A stretch of DNA of 64,000 bases from assembly GCF_009914755.1 (NCBI RefSeq), contig NC_060936.1; one strand, given 5' to 3'. How positions within the stretch are numbered: position 1 is the first letter of the stretch; each line of letters starts with the position of its first letter. Source of the DNA: the human T2T-CHM13v2.0 reference genome, Homo sapiens. A program made the translations under genes and the position numbers. Positions 43,386 to 57,616 of the stretch are shown here, one piece after another. The notes beneath the pieces were generated by a model that was not told the origin of the DNA, searched no databases, and was given only the letters and a program-made list of their open reading frames with translations.

Positions 43386-43976
43386 CATATCTCCTAGGAC
43401 CTAGGTATGACAAAGGCAGTAGAAGAGATGTGTTCCAGGGCCCTTTGTTTAAAGAACTCGTAAAGTTGGTGATGACTTTTGAAGCTCTAGAAGGTGATTG
43501 ATATTCAGGAACAACTGTGAATGAGGTGTTAGTCTTGCCTCCTTTCCTTTACCTTTGCTGTCCCCAGCTACCCATGCCCACAGAGAGCATGGCCTGCCAA
43601 CTTAAACCCAAATCAATTTCCAAACCAATCATGGCATGAGGAAGGAAAGCCTTAAGCAGCTGCTGGAGCTGTGACTGAAACCGAGTTAGTGAGGCCTCAT
43701 CATATCTGGATGGTTAGACAAGGTTTGCCTACAGGGAGGGTCTGTCAAATCATATTCCCTAGGCAACAGTCCTCTCTTACTCTACGTAGTGAAAGACTCT
43801 GACTCACTAGAAGACGGCAAGGACATTGCACCATTTGAATGATGCAAACAAACATTTGAATTACATTTATGTAATGTAATACATGGGGATGGCCTTTTAC
43901 TTGCCTCATTCTCAAATATGTCTCAGGGTCTGGGGAACAACATGATGCCTTGAACAGATCCAAAATATCTGATAGG

Positions 43977-44273
43977 GGTGGGGTGCGGTGGCTCACGCCT
44001 GTAATCCTAGTACTTTGGGAGGCTGAGGAGGGAGAATTGCTTCAGTCCAGGAGTTCAAGACCAGCCTGGGCAACATGGTGAAACCCTGTCTCTACAAAAC
44101 TGCAAAAATTAGCTGGGCCTGGTGGTGCATGCCTACAACCCCAGCTATTCAGGAGGCTGAGATGGGAGGATCACTTGAGCCCGGGATGGGTAGGCTGCAG
44201 GGAACTGAGATCAGGCCACTGCACTCCAGCCTGGGTGACACAGTGAGACCCTATCTCAAAAAAAGAAAAAAAT
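43977..44273 (+). mobile_element. AluJb
   Basis: ccagcctgggcaacatggtgaaaccctg...gtgagaccctatctc. Confidence 0.9.
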
Positions 44274-44509
44274 AATAACCTGGTGGAGCCCTTGGTAGAG
44301 ATAGTATTGAAGCCTGATAATCATTATAGAACAAGGGTTTCTTGTTCTTCATCTGATTGACAGTTATGGCAGTCCCCCAGTGACATGGAGTGTGGCATAT
44401 ATTAGGCTTTATACAGGAAATAAATCCTTTTTGGCAGAAATCTATGACTTCAGTGTCAAAGCAATTACATAGGCTATGTCATAGTGTAAAAGTATCAACT
44501 CAATTTTTC

Positions 44510-45845
44510 ATTAAAACTAATGTTCCTTGGACCAAAAATCTTGACTCTCTTTCAGCCAACATCAAACCCATCAGCATCTTTTGTCAGCTTTTCTCTCAAA
44601 ACATACCTAGAATCTGACCACCTCTTAACACCTCCACTGCTACCACCCTGGTCTGGATTTCTATCCTCTCTCCTCAGGAATATTAATATCCTCCTAATCT
44701 GGGTTCCTATGTTAAAGTCAGATCACCTCACTCTTTTGTTCAAAATTCTCTAGTTGGCTTCTCATGTTGTTACCAGAAAGGGGTCCCAATCCAGACCCGC
44801 AGAGAGAGTTCTTGGATCTCTAGCAAGAAAGAATTCAGGGCGAGTCCATAAAGTGAAAGCAAATCTATTAAGAAAGTAAGGGAATAAAAAATGTCTACTC
44901 CATAGGAAGAACATCCCCGAGGGCTGCTGGTTGCCCATTTTTATGGTCATTTCTTGATTATATGCTAAACAAGGGGTGGATTATTCATGAGTTTTCTGCG
45001 AAAGGGGAGGGCAATTCCCAGATCCCACAACTGAGGGTTCCTCTCCTTTTTAGACCATATAGGGTAACTTCCTGATGTTGCCATGGCATTTGTAAACTGT
45101 CATGGTGCTGGTAGGAGAGGCTTTTAGTATGCTAATGCATTATAATTAGTGTATAATGAGAAATGATGGGGACCAGAGGTCACTTTGTCGCCATCTTGAT
45201 TTTGGTGGGTTTTAGCTGGCTTCTTTTCTCCAAACTGTTTTTATCAGCAAGGTCCTTATGACCTGTATCTTGTGCTGACCTCTTATTGCATCCTGTGACT
45301 AAGAATGCCTTAACCTCCTGGGAATGCAGCCCAGTAGGTCTCAGCCCTATTTTACCTAGCCCCTATTCAAGATGGAGTAGCTCTGGTGAGAGTGCCTCTG
45401 ACAATCTCACTTTAAGTAAAAGCCAAAGTCCTTACAACACCCACGAAGACCTATATGATCTAGTCCCCTTTGCCTTTCTCATTTCGTCTCCTACCAGTCT
45501 CCAGGTCGATTATGGCACTCAAACCTTGCTGGACTCTTTGCTCTTATCTTCCCCTGAAATGTTCTTCATGCAAATATCCACATGGCTTCCTTCTTTATTT
45601 CCTTCAGGACTTTGCTAAAATGTGACATTATCAACGGTACTTCCTATAGCCTGTTATTTTTCTCTGCAGCTTTCATCACCGTGTGCCACACCATATATAT
45701 TATTTGATTATTTATTTACTGTCTGTCTGCCTTCTCTAAAATGTAAACTCCATGGAAGTGGAAATTTTTTTGTATGTTTTGTTCACTGCTTTATCTGCAG
45801 TCTCTAAAACATTACCTGAATACAGTAGCACTCAATAAATAATTT
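44510..45845 (+). mobile_element. L2a fragment split by MER41B
   Basis: agaatctgaccacctctt..cacctccactgctaccaccctggtc | ctcactttaagtaaaagccaaagtccttac...gcactcaataaata. Confidence 0.8.
44768..45403 (-). mobile_element. MER41B ERV1 solo LTR, full length (636 bp)
   Basis: Minus strand starts tgtcagaggca...ccagagctactccatcttgaataggggct and ends ...ggacccctttctggtaaca. 4-bp TSD atgt/atct. Confidence 0.9.
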
Positions 45846-47804
45846 TTCAGTACAGTATAATTGCATATTTCTCTGATTCGTTCACTAGACTCCAAGTAAA
45901 TACTGCGTCTTATTCCTCTGTGTCAGTGTTCCACAAATGTTCTTTTAATGAATTAATATGAAATGTTCTGAAAAGAAATCTGTAGTTTCATTTGTTACTT
46001 TGAAATTCATGTTATTCTCACACCAAGTAGCAATTAATGGCAGAGATGGTATTATTTTGATGTTTGTTAGTTTGCTTGAATAGATTAGGAAAATAATTAA
46101 AAAGAAAACCATTTGAATATTGACTTCCAATCTTATTTTCAAATTAAAATTGTGCTCTAAAACCTACAAAAAGACTGAAGCAGACATTGAATTGTCCAGA
46201 TATCGAACCCATGTTTCTTAGCTTGATACAAACACTTAGGCTTCTTGTTCTTGTATTTAATTCTATTTTATCCATTTCTATATACAGAGGATAAAGAGAA
46301 ACATTCATCCTCATAGAATGGCATAGCATACAGAAGTGATGAGGGCTGTGCTCTAAGAGGATTAAGCACACAAAGAAGATAATTAACTTGCTGAGGTCTC
46401 ACAGAAATGTGTGGAATAGCAAGAATAGCATTCAGAGTTTCTGTTATCTTAAGGAAGATCAATCAGTCAAATAGCTGCATGTTCATGATACAGAGTTTAT
46501 TTGTAGCCCTAGGTATTAACTAACATAAGTTAAGAAAAATGTTTAACCCTAAACAAACATACACAAAAAATGTGAATAAAATTGGTTTGTTTTAAAATAT
46601 AGGTTGACATCTAGTTTAAAGACCAAACCAGTGAATTTTCTGTTACTACCTTTAAAATCACTCACAATTGTAACAGAACTCCAAATATTAAAGTTTCACA
46701 ATGGAAAATGATGGGAATGCAGAGGTACTGATGTTTTTAGACACAAATCCTTATAATCAATTTTATAGCCACTTATCAGACACTTTTGCTGGGTTGGGAA
46801 ATTATGAATGATTTCAACTTTTCTTCCTTGAGCTTTTAGAGTACTGCAAAAAATTTAAAAAGATAATGTATTTTGTAATCAGAAAAAAATTATGAAAAAT
46901 TACTACATGCTTATATAGTCTTCTCTAATGTGTAGTAATCACTCTTGAATGTAATGTTCAGGCCTAAAATTTAGACATTAGAAATGCACCTCACGTGTTC
47001 AAAAGCAAAAGCCTTGGCTGATCCAGCAGAAAAACAGCTCTGAGTTTACCAAATTTACCAATTCCCTGAGTACTGTTTATTATAAATTGGAAATGTAATG
47101 CCAGGCAGATGTGTCATCACCCAACAAAAGTGAAACTTAAAGAAGAATCATGTTTGACAAGCAATCAGACTTTGGAAAGAAAGGAATAGAGAAAAAGAAA
47201 ACTCTGGAGAGAATTTGAGATTTCTTTGATGCCTCTAATACCCTAAATAAAAACAGTGGTGCAAAATGGCCATTTAAGAAAAATATTGCTGGAAGAGCCA
47301 TTATCCTCTAAACTCTTAGGAATATTCATTAATATTCCTGAATACATTATTGCAGGCAAGATTTTAGAATCATTTAGAATATGTGCCACCAGGACATTCC
47401 CCACAGGAATATCCCTCTCCTACCAGGCTCTGAGCTTGGGAAGCTTGGTTCAATTTGACTCCCTTCCCCCACTACGAATGCCAATTCTTAGGTCTCTGCC
47501 AATGTGGAGTTAGTTGGCATACATGGAAGGAGGATGGCAGTTTGCTTTTCCTTCAACAACACCAGTTAGACTGAATAATTCCTGTGGGATAGAATTGCTT
47601 GAGATGATACTACATGAGGTGTTTATAAGAAAATTGATTTTTAAATAATTAAAACTCATAATTTTCTTAATGTGTATTAAAATATGCTCTAAATATAAAT
47701 ATTTTAATTTGCTAGTTGAAAATTAAAAATATTTATGTAAATTATGCACAATCCCTGAAAGGGTGCTTCAGCAAGTTGTAAATGGAACAATACATGGGAA
47801 GAGA

Positions 47805-47821
47805 TTGCCATCTGGTGGCTG
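47805..47821 (-). promoter_or_regulatory. Candidate CTCF-binding motif
   Basis: Minus strand CAGCCACCAGATGGCAA matches the CTCF core CCASYAGRKGGCR, in non-repeat sequence. Motif only, no binding data. Confidence 0.55.
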
Positions 47822-47906
47822 AAGGAAAAGTGCATTTTTGTGTAGGACAGGTATAAAAAACTTGTTTAAGCAAATAAATGTTAGTATGTTAGTATTCCCT
47901 GCTAAC

Positions 47907-48184
47907 TTTTTTTTTTTTTTTTGTATCTTAGAGGCAGGATTTCGTTCTGTCACCCATGCTGGAATACAGTGGAGCGAGCACATCTCACTGCAGCCTCGAC
48001 TTCCCAGGCCAAGTTGTCTTTCTTTCCACCTCGGCCTCCCATCTCAGCCTCCCAACTAGCTAGGACTACAGGTGAGTGCCACAACGCCCGGCTATTTTTT
48101 TTTTAATTTCTATGGAGACTGGATCTCACTGTTGCCTGGGCTGATATCGAACTCCTGGCCTGAGGCCATCCTCCTGCCTAAGCC
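47907..48184 (-). mobile_element. AluJ, 5'-truncated
   Basis: Poly-T then ctcactgcagcctcgacttccc; diverged. Confidence 0.85.
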
Positions 48185-48408
48185 CACTATCCTATTTTAT
48201 TAACCAAACACTTCTATCTTAATTCAAGTATCAAATAAGATATAGAGGTACATGTGGTGGTTTTTTAAATATGTAAATGATTTTTCTCAATGTTACATAT
48301 TCTTTCTCTTTAGAAGTGTAATATATAACATTGTGGAAAATATACATTTTTATATATCATGTATTTCTAAACTACAGAAAAGTATAGAGAAGGAAACAAA
48401 ATCTATAA

Positions 48409-48774
<366 letters not shown>

Positions 48775-49214
48775 TAATTGATATCATAAGAAGTATTTAG
48801 TTTTGAACAGTGCTTTAAAAACATTACCAGTACATTATGTTTTTTTTTTAAACTATGTTTCAAGTTTGCTGTCATTTGAGAGAGGTTCTTTTCCTGGGAG
48901 AGAATAAAATATGCATATGCATGAATAGGTGACAGTATCCTTTGTTCAGGAAATTGCAAGTAGCTCAATGCTGTTGGAAAATGAAGTTGGAAACTTCCAG
49001 TTCAGTGAGAGTGGCTGGGAGGAGAATTAACAGGCGTTGGAGAGGTATGTGGAACACTGACCAAGAAGAACCACGGGCTTGTCATTTATCTACATTGTAT
49101 GTTTATATGGATAATTATTGAGGAATTCTGGGTAATGAACCAAGGTTACTGGATTTGCACACCACAAAAAAATAATAAAATGATTTGACACTAATGGGGA
49201 GGATAGACTAAAAT

Positions 49215-49377
49215 AATAGCTGTCAAAGCTGGCTGCACTTTAGAACTGCCCAAGGAGCTTTAAAAGTGCTAATCCCTAGACCTCAGTCCAAACAAATTAA
49301 ATCAGGGTCCTTGGAAATGAGATACTTTAAAAGTTTCTCAGATGATACTATTATGCTGCTAGGGTTGAGATTCACTA
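49215..49377. mobile_element. MER5A hAT-Charlie MITE within antisense L2 (about 48880-49640)
   Basis: ggctgcactttagaac...ggagctttaaaa...aattaaatcag...cagatgatact...agggttgaga. Confidence 0.7.
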
Positions 49378-49731
49378 AAGGGAGATGAAACTAGAGACAG
49401 AAATACCATTTAGAAGGGTGTTGCTTTAGACTATGTGAAAAATGATGTGTGCTTAAATTGGGTTAGTGACTGAACGTGTACAAGTTAAGTGGCAGAACTG
49501 ACACAAGTTGCTAATTAATTGAGCACAAGGTATGAAAAAATAAAAGATTCAAGGATTATTCTCTAATAGTGCCTTGGTAAATGGCGGCGTTGACAGGAAA
49601 GAGAGCTGATTAGCTAAGTGTTTGGGAGGCAAGGAACGTGTGTTCATTAAGAAGCTACCATTTTCCTTTAGATGCATCATCAATGGCACAAACACTTTTA
49701 GACATATTTTCTGTTGCCCTGTTTTAAATCC

Positions 49732-50412
49732 TTGTGCCAGATATTGTCTGTTAGCTCCACCCTACTCTCTTTGTGATGGTGTGGTGAGAACTCTACCAAA
49801 CTTCATTTTTGCTTCCCCAGGCTGTTCTGTGGTAGGGTCTTCCAGCAGGGGGCTCGAGAGGAGGACTGCAAAGCTGGAGAGGAAGGAGGGACAGCTTTTT
49901 CCTGTTTGCTGCTTTATGGCTTCCCATCTGCTTGTGGTTCTATTAAAAACTATTCCTGCTGCAGTTTTTGTTGTTGTTGTTGTTGTTGTTTGTTTGTTGT
50001 GTTTTTTGGTCGTTTTTTTTTTTTTTTAACTCCTGTAGCATTTTTTTCTGTAGCAGCAGCAGAATCCAGGTTGCACTTTTTCACCACTTGCAGAACCAGC
50101 CTCAGGACCACCACCAGCCACTTCAACCGCCACCACTGACACCAGTATCAACTAGCTGGTGTCTGCTCCTGGGAGGCTGGGGTTTCAGGACCACAGTGCC
50201 CTTTTCTGTTTCAAGTTTTTCTCCTTGCTCTCTTTGATCCCTCAGGCTTGAGTGTGATACTTGCTTCCTGAAGTTGCTTTTTCCATGATTTGTTAGAGTT
50301 CTCTTTTTACCATTTCATAGTTAACACCTTCATAGCTATATAACTATTGTTTATATTAAGCTGTTTCTATTCAAATAACTGGTATATTTTCTGTCTCCTG
50401 ATTAGACCCTGG
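49732..50412 (+). mobile_element. Old ERVL LTR (LTR41/LTR33-like)
   Basis: tgtgccagatattgtctg...gcagcagcagaatccag...cagaaccagcctca...ttcaaataactggt..ttttctgtctcctgattagaccctg. Family name uncertain. Confidence 0.65.
49965..50027. repeat. (TTG)n plus poly-T microsatellite
   Basis: ttgttgttgttgttgttgttgtttgtttg... Confidence 0.9.
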
Positions 50413-51945
50413 AGGGCCACTATGAATAAAACGTGCCCTCTCAGCACTAATTTGGCCTGGCAGCCTTTCTAAGGACCACCACTCCATGTTTCCAGACTAA
50501 ATAAACATTGAACTATAGTGGCAATTTAAGCAGTTATTTTTATAGAAAAGTTAAGTAAGCATTCCCAGTGATTGCAAAATACAAGAACCCAGGAGTTGTG
50601 ACGACTTTATCTCATTCTTTTTCTTATACCACACAAGAGAGAGAAGAAGCACGGAAAGTCCTCGGATTTAGGCTTTCATATAGTTGTCCCTTGTTTCTGA
50701 ACTCTATCTGTTCAAATCCTGACCTTCCTCCTGCAGACCCTATGCAATCCTCCACCATCTAGGGTCCCCACGTATTTTCTTCAGTTTTCCTTGGTCTGCA
50801 TATTGCCAGAGAAACACAGGAGTTTGGCAAGGGAATACTGTGGGTTCTGGTGTTGTAAGTGGGGTAAAGGTAGTGAGGGCTCTGATTCCAGATTGGTCTC
50901 TTAATCAGTGAAGGCTGCTGCCATTTTCTACCTGATTTATCTAAGGAAAAGGGCAACTCACCATCATGAGTCTTAATTTTCTTTCCAAGACAACACAATC
51001 TAGCATCATATGAGGGGGTTATAATTTTCCTATTAATGTGGCTTTGACCCCATTCCTTAGAAAATAATAATGCTGGAATTCCTGAAAACGAATCTTCTGG
51101 CTTTTTCCTGAACATGTCCATATGACTGGAACCATCAGTTTAGTTTGAAATTACTCTGTGTGAATCATTTGAGAAAATGTTGCCAGCCTCAAATGGATTA
51201 ATTCTGATAATGTACTATTTCCTCTCAGAAAAGTGTGGGTGATCGTGGTGGAAGATGGAGTTAGCCTACCAAACTATATCTCCATCCACAAAACCATGAC
51301 AACTGACTTTTGTCTAAAACGTTCAGGTAGAAGCAATACCTAAAGTATCCATGGTAGATCTCTGTGTTCTCTTCACTTGGCATATAACTTGGGATCTCCC
51401 ACCCCATATGCTGCTAATTTCACACCAAAATAATAATTTGATATTCATTCCTCTAGTTAAAGTTCTAGGGATATAGCCAAAACAAAGGGCAATAGAAGAG
51501 GGAGGAAAATAAAAAGAATACACTTATACTGTTCTTGCACAAATAACAGACTAACTCAATAGAACTCTCACCATTTAAAGGTAAGTAATAGAAACATAAA
51601 TGTAAGAGACATAAAGAACTACTGAAAAAAAACAGTGAAATGTTTATGCAAAAATATTCCTACACTCAAAAAAAAGGGGAAATTATGAGACAAAAAAAAT
51701 TAAATGTTTTTTAAATTAAATTAAAATTGTAAAAAAAATTATGTGAATACACCTGGAGATGCAATAGTAGCTGACAGAGTTAAGTAGAGAAACCAGAGTT
51801 TAAAAAAATTATTCTATGTGAAAACTACATTTGAAGCACTGAGAGACAACTGACTCAAAACAGAGTCAACAGAATGGAAAAAGCAGATGGAGTGCAGTGG
51901 AAAAGGTGTAACTTAAAAAGAGAAAAGCAGGTGAAAATAGGTAAC

Positions 51946-52145
51946 TGTGGTAACTGTGCCTGAGCCTTTCAAACTTACTCTCCTTATCTTCCTGAGCACA
52001 CAGATGCACAGCTAAACTATATTTTCTAGCCCTTTTTGTGTCTACATGTATGGCCATGTATTTACGTATTTAGAAATTGTTCTGCTGAAATTTTTCTCTT
52101 TGTGCATTGTCAACAATGAAATGTGAGCAGAAGTGAAGTGTGCAA
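51946..52145 (+). mobile_element. MLT1J-like LTR 5' fragment
   Basis: ttcctgagcacacag...ctaaactatattttctagcc...tggccatgt...aatgaaatgtgagcagaagtga. Confidence 0.65.
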
Positions 52146-52149
52146 GGTA

Positions 52150-52389
52150 GTTCCCTGGACAAGACTTGTTCAGATTTGCATTGCAGTCCTGGTCTCATTC
52201 TACCCAGTCCTCCATCTTTCCCTCTCTCCTCTCACAAATGTCAGACCAGTATTGTGGCCTTAAGTTCTCCCTGCTTAATCCTGCCCACCCTTCCTCCTCA
52301 TCATTCACAGGTCTTTTGCCCATTGCATCTGTTTCTTGTGTTTCTAATTCCTTCTTGGTGTTTGTTTCTCAGAAGACTCAACAGACACA
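52150..52389 (+). mobile_element. LTR16-family LTR 3' fragment
   Basis: tcagaccagtattgtggcct...ctaattccttcttggtgtttgtttctcagaagac..aacagacac. Confidence 0.65.
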
Positions 52390-53210
52390 TCCAGTGAGTT
52401 TTTAATTCAGCTATTGTATTTTTTCAGTTTTATAATTTCCATTTGGTTCCTTTTAATAATTTCTGTTGCATTGCTGAAGATTTTGTTTTTGTTCATTCAT
52501 GAGCATATTTTATGTTTATAAGCAGAGCTGTAATAACTATTTTAAGTAGTCTTGTCTGCTAATTCCAGTATCTGGGTTGTCTCTGGGTAGTTCTGTATTG
52601 ATTTTCTCTTCAGGATTCTTCATATTTTTCAGTTGCTTCACATGGACGGTAATTTTGGATTTTATACTGGAACTTGTAAATCATATAGTTAGAGATTCTG
52701 GAGTCTCTAAATTCTTTGAAATTCTTTTACTTATTAATATTTTGTTAAAGCAAGAAACTCTCAACTCTCATTTCAACAGTGGGCAGCAGCACAAATCCAT
52801 AAAGTCATTTAACCTTGGCTGGGTTGTGTAGTCTGAACAATGCATTTGTAGGTCAGGAGTCACCCACATGGTGTTGGCAGACTTTGTACACAGTATTTAG
52901 AGTGTTTTGTCTCTGTGAATCTCGGTTCCAAGATGTGTCTCCTCATTTCCTAGTTGCTGTGGTTTTCCTGAATGATGACCTCTGGGTCTTTAAGCTGGTA
53001 AAATGTAGATTTTCTACCTGAGTTTTTGCCATGCTACCAGGCAGTGAGTGTGGTCTACCTTTAGGCCAGGAGTCATAAAAGTGGGAAAATCGCCCAATGC
53101 CCTTTCCTTCTTCCAGTGTACATTCTCCTCTACAGTTGCCCTGGTTTTAGTTGTTTGTCAGTGCCTCCAAGTACTGATTTTTTTATTTTGTCCTGCATTA
53201 TATGTCTTGC
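52390..53210 (-). mobile_element. Old L1M (ORF1/5' region) fragment
   Basis: atccagtgagtttttaattcag..attgtattttttcagttttataatttccatttggttc is typical antisense L1ME ORF1 region. Confidence 0.7.
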
Positions 53211-53449
53211 ATATATGCAAAAGATTGGCCTGTTACATAAATACATATACATCAAAGATTTAGATATTTAAAAAAACCCACAAAGTTACTTTAAAAAGCA
53301 TGGATTAATATTTTTATAATGTAAGAGTATGAAACACCTTTCTAAGCATGACATAAAATCTGGAAGCCCCAAAGAAAAATATTGACAAATTGTACCACAC
53401 CATATCAAGTAAAACATCTGTATGATTAGAAACATAATAAAGCAAGTCA

Positions 53450-54510
<1,061 letters not shown>

Positions 54511-54598
54511 CCAGACTAGGTTAGATTTTTCTTTAAAAAATGCCTAAAGGCAATATTAAAAGAGGTCAAAAGACTGAATGAGAAGGTATTTCACAAAT

Positions 54599-55067
54599 TG
54601 CGGGAGTCCATCCCACAGACCCTGACCCCACGACGGATGAATGATGTACAGTGACACAGATATTATGTTTGTCAGTCCAGCTGAGCATCTGGGCCACTAC
54701 AGACTCCAAGGAGAGTGTTGTAAAGAGTAGCAGCCAGGCTCTCCACTCACTGGCCCTGCCCGCATTTATTCAGCGTACATAAAATGACAAAAGTCTCAAG
54801 TAAACACCACTAGAAGGTAATTACCTTTGCGGTTGCTGGAACTCCGCACTCCCCCGGAGTAATCACGCACCCGCGGATGGTCAAAACAAGCTATTTAGAT
54901 AGACTTCTCTACATTCCTATGTTAATTACTCATGCTATAGCTCAAAGAGGATTAGGCTGCCTTCAGCCATAACTCTATCCCCAGGCTTTTGCAAAAACCT
55001 TCTGGTCTTCCAAGAAGGTTTGTGTTTATTTTACAATTTTTCCCACCATCCTGACTGAACCCCTACA
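54599..55067 (-). mobile_element. LTR22-family (HERV-K22/HML-5) solo LTR
   Basis: Minus strand tgtaggggttcagtcaggatggtgggaaaaattgtaaaataaacacaaacc...gggtcagggtctgtgggatggactcccgca. Perfect 6-bp TSD ACAAAT. AATAAA at 54765-54770 (-). Confidence 0.9.
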
Positions 55068-55472
55068 ACAAATGACAAAATACCAACAGCTAATAAACAT
55101 GAAAATGTTCAACACCATTAATAACTACAAATGCAAATAAAATTTGAATAATGACATATTTCCCACTGACAGATTGGTAAAGTTTACACACAATACTGGC
55201 AAAGGTGTGCATAGACATAAATTAGGATGGCAACTTGACCGTATCTACTACATTTTAAAAAAAATATTAAGTGGTCATTTGCTCTGAGTCAACAATGATA
55301 GAGTTTGCAAAGTACTAGGAGTTTGGTGCAGCTCGATGGAGGAGAAACTGTCGAAAATGAAAGCGTTAGCTACTTGTGCCAAAGATTAAAAAGAGGAAGG
55401 TGGACCATAAGAGATGGGCAATGTGGTTTTAAAACAGTGAGTTGTGTGGGGAGGGAAGGATAAAAAGGGAAA

Positions 55473-55566
55473 CCACAGCTACTTGGGAGGCTGAGGCAAG
55501 AGGCTCATTTGAGTCCAGGAGTTTGGGGCAAACATGGGCAATGTAGCGAGACCTCATCTCTAAAAA
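55473..55566 (+). mobile_element. FLAM fragment
   Basis: cagctacttgggaggctgaggc...gggcaatgtagcgagacctcatctctaaaaa. Confidence 0.8.
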
Positions 55567-56220
55567 GGGAAACAAAAGAGGACAGAGTTCCTGATGCTTA
55601 CTTAACGGCATCTGAATGAACTGATAAGCAACAGTAGGGAAGAAGTAAAGGACTGTTTTATACAATCCTATAGATTCCACATGTATTAAAAAAACTTATT
55701 TTGCTATAATTTGAAATTATAGGAAAGTTGCAAGAATAGAACAAAGAACATTCACATATTCATTTTCCAATTTTTAAAATTTTTCACATTTGCTTTATTA
55801 TTTATCACCTATCTTTGTATAGATGTATATATACACATATAAAAACATAATTCATTTTTCCTGAACCATTTTGGATTAGGCTTCATGCATCATGCTTTTA
55901 TATCTCCTTATACTATGTATTTTTCTTAAGTACAAAAACATTCTCCTCATGATTATAATCTAGTTATCAAATTCAGGAAACATAATACTAATACAATACT
56001 TTAATCTAAAATCCATATTCTAATTTTGTCAATGTCCCAATAATGTCCTGTATAGCATTTTTCCCTCCAGCACAGGATCTAGTCTAGGATCATATATTTC
56101 ATTTAATTGCCATGCCTTTGTATTCTTCTTCATTCAGAAACAGTTTTCTAGACTTTAAAAGAATCTTTCATGATATTGCCATTTTTGAAGAATACTGGTC
56201 AGTTTAGAAAATGTTTTTCA

Positions 56221-56568
<348 letters not shown>

Positions 56569-56686
56569 TCAGATTTTAGTTATGCAGCCCTGGTCAGATA
56601 CTTTGTAAGTGATATTGTATCCTTCTCAAAGTATTTGGAAGCATGCAAAGTCTATCCCTCATGGGTGATGTCAATTTTGATCCTGT

Positions 56687-57152
56687 TGTCAAGCACTGTG
56701 AAAGGTCTGAGATTTTACCCTACTTGCAAGCTAACAAACCTAACCTGCCACATTTCACTGATGCTGGTGAAAGATGCTGGTCTGACTTCTTGAGTCAGAC
56801 ACAAAGGATATTATTATTCATGGTGCTGCTGGAAGCATGAGAAGCAGCATATTTACATCTATTCTCAATGTCCCCAAGTTCCACAGGGATAATACAAATA
56901 GGTTCTGATGAGTAGCCACATATGCAGTGGGTTGCATTACAGAAGAAAGACCTTGAGCTTAGGGAACTCAAATGTTTTATAATGAACAATAAACATTATT
57001 TTGTTTTCCTATGGAGGGAGAAGCTGTCTATCTTCTAAAGCTGTTTGCAATAAAAACATTATTTAAAAGGGAATCCAGAACCAAATGCAGCATGTTTCTG
57101 CTCATGAGATTTGCAGAAATAGTGGGGATCCATGGAAAATTTTCTGCCAACA
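56687..57152 (-). mobile_element. ERVL-type solo LTR (MER70/MER76-like)
   Basis: tgtcaagcactgtgaaaggtctgagattttaccctacttgcaagctaa...ctgccaaca. 5-bp TSD cctgt/cctgg. Family name uncertain. Confidence 0.75.
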
Positions 57153-57616
57153 CCTGGTCAAGATGTTGCATATTTTCTCCCCTGTATAGTAATTATTTAC
57201 TCTTATCATACTTATCATCCCTCTAGATTAGGCATCTATTGATGACCTTCACCCAAAGTCCTTTTTACAGTGATAGTTGCTATATTGTTTTAGTCTTGTT
57301 ATTATACTCCAGATGGATTCTGTACTTCTGTTGTAATTGTTTGGTGGATATTGTATTCTTTCTTATCTGGGAAGCAGTAACACTGCTTTTGAGGAGAGGA
57401 GAGAAAGTAATACTCCAAAATAAAAAAAGAAATGAATTAAGCCATTCCTAAGGGACTGAGAAAATCAAATAATCATGGGGAATAAAATGCATACGTCATT
57501 TTTAATTTAAAGGTCTTAAACTCAGAATTTAAAAACTGTTCAATAAAATTTTAATTTTTTAATCTTAAACCTATATTGGTTTCCAATTGGTTTCATTTCT
57601 TTTGAAGATGAATGCC

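Noticed and set aside
49622-50237. Poly-Val/Cys/Leu ORFs
   Set aside because: Products of the (TTG)n microsatellite within an LTR.
51520-51930. A-rich stretch possibly from HAL1/L1 ORF1
   Set aside because: Too degenerate to call by eye; needs a Dfam search.
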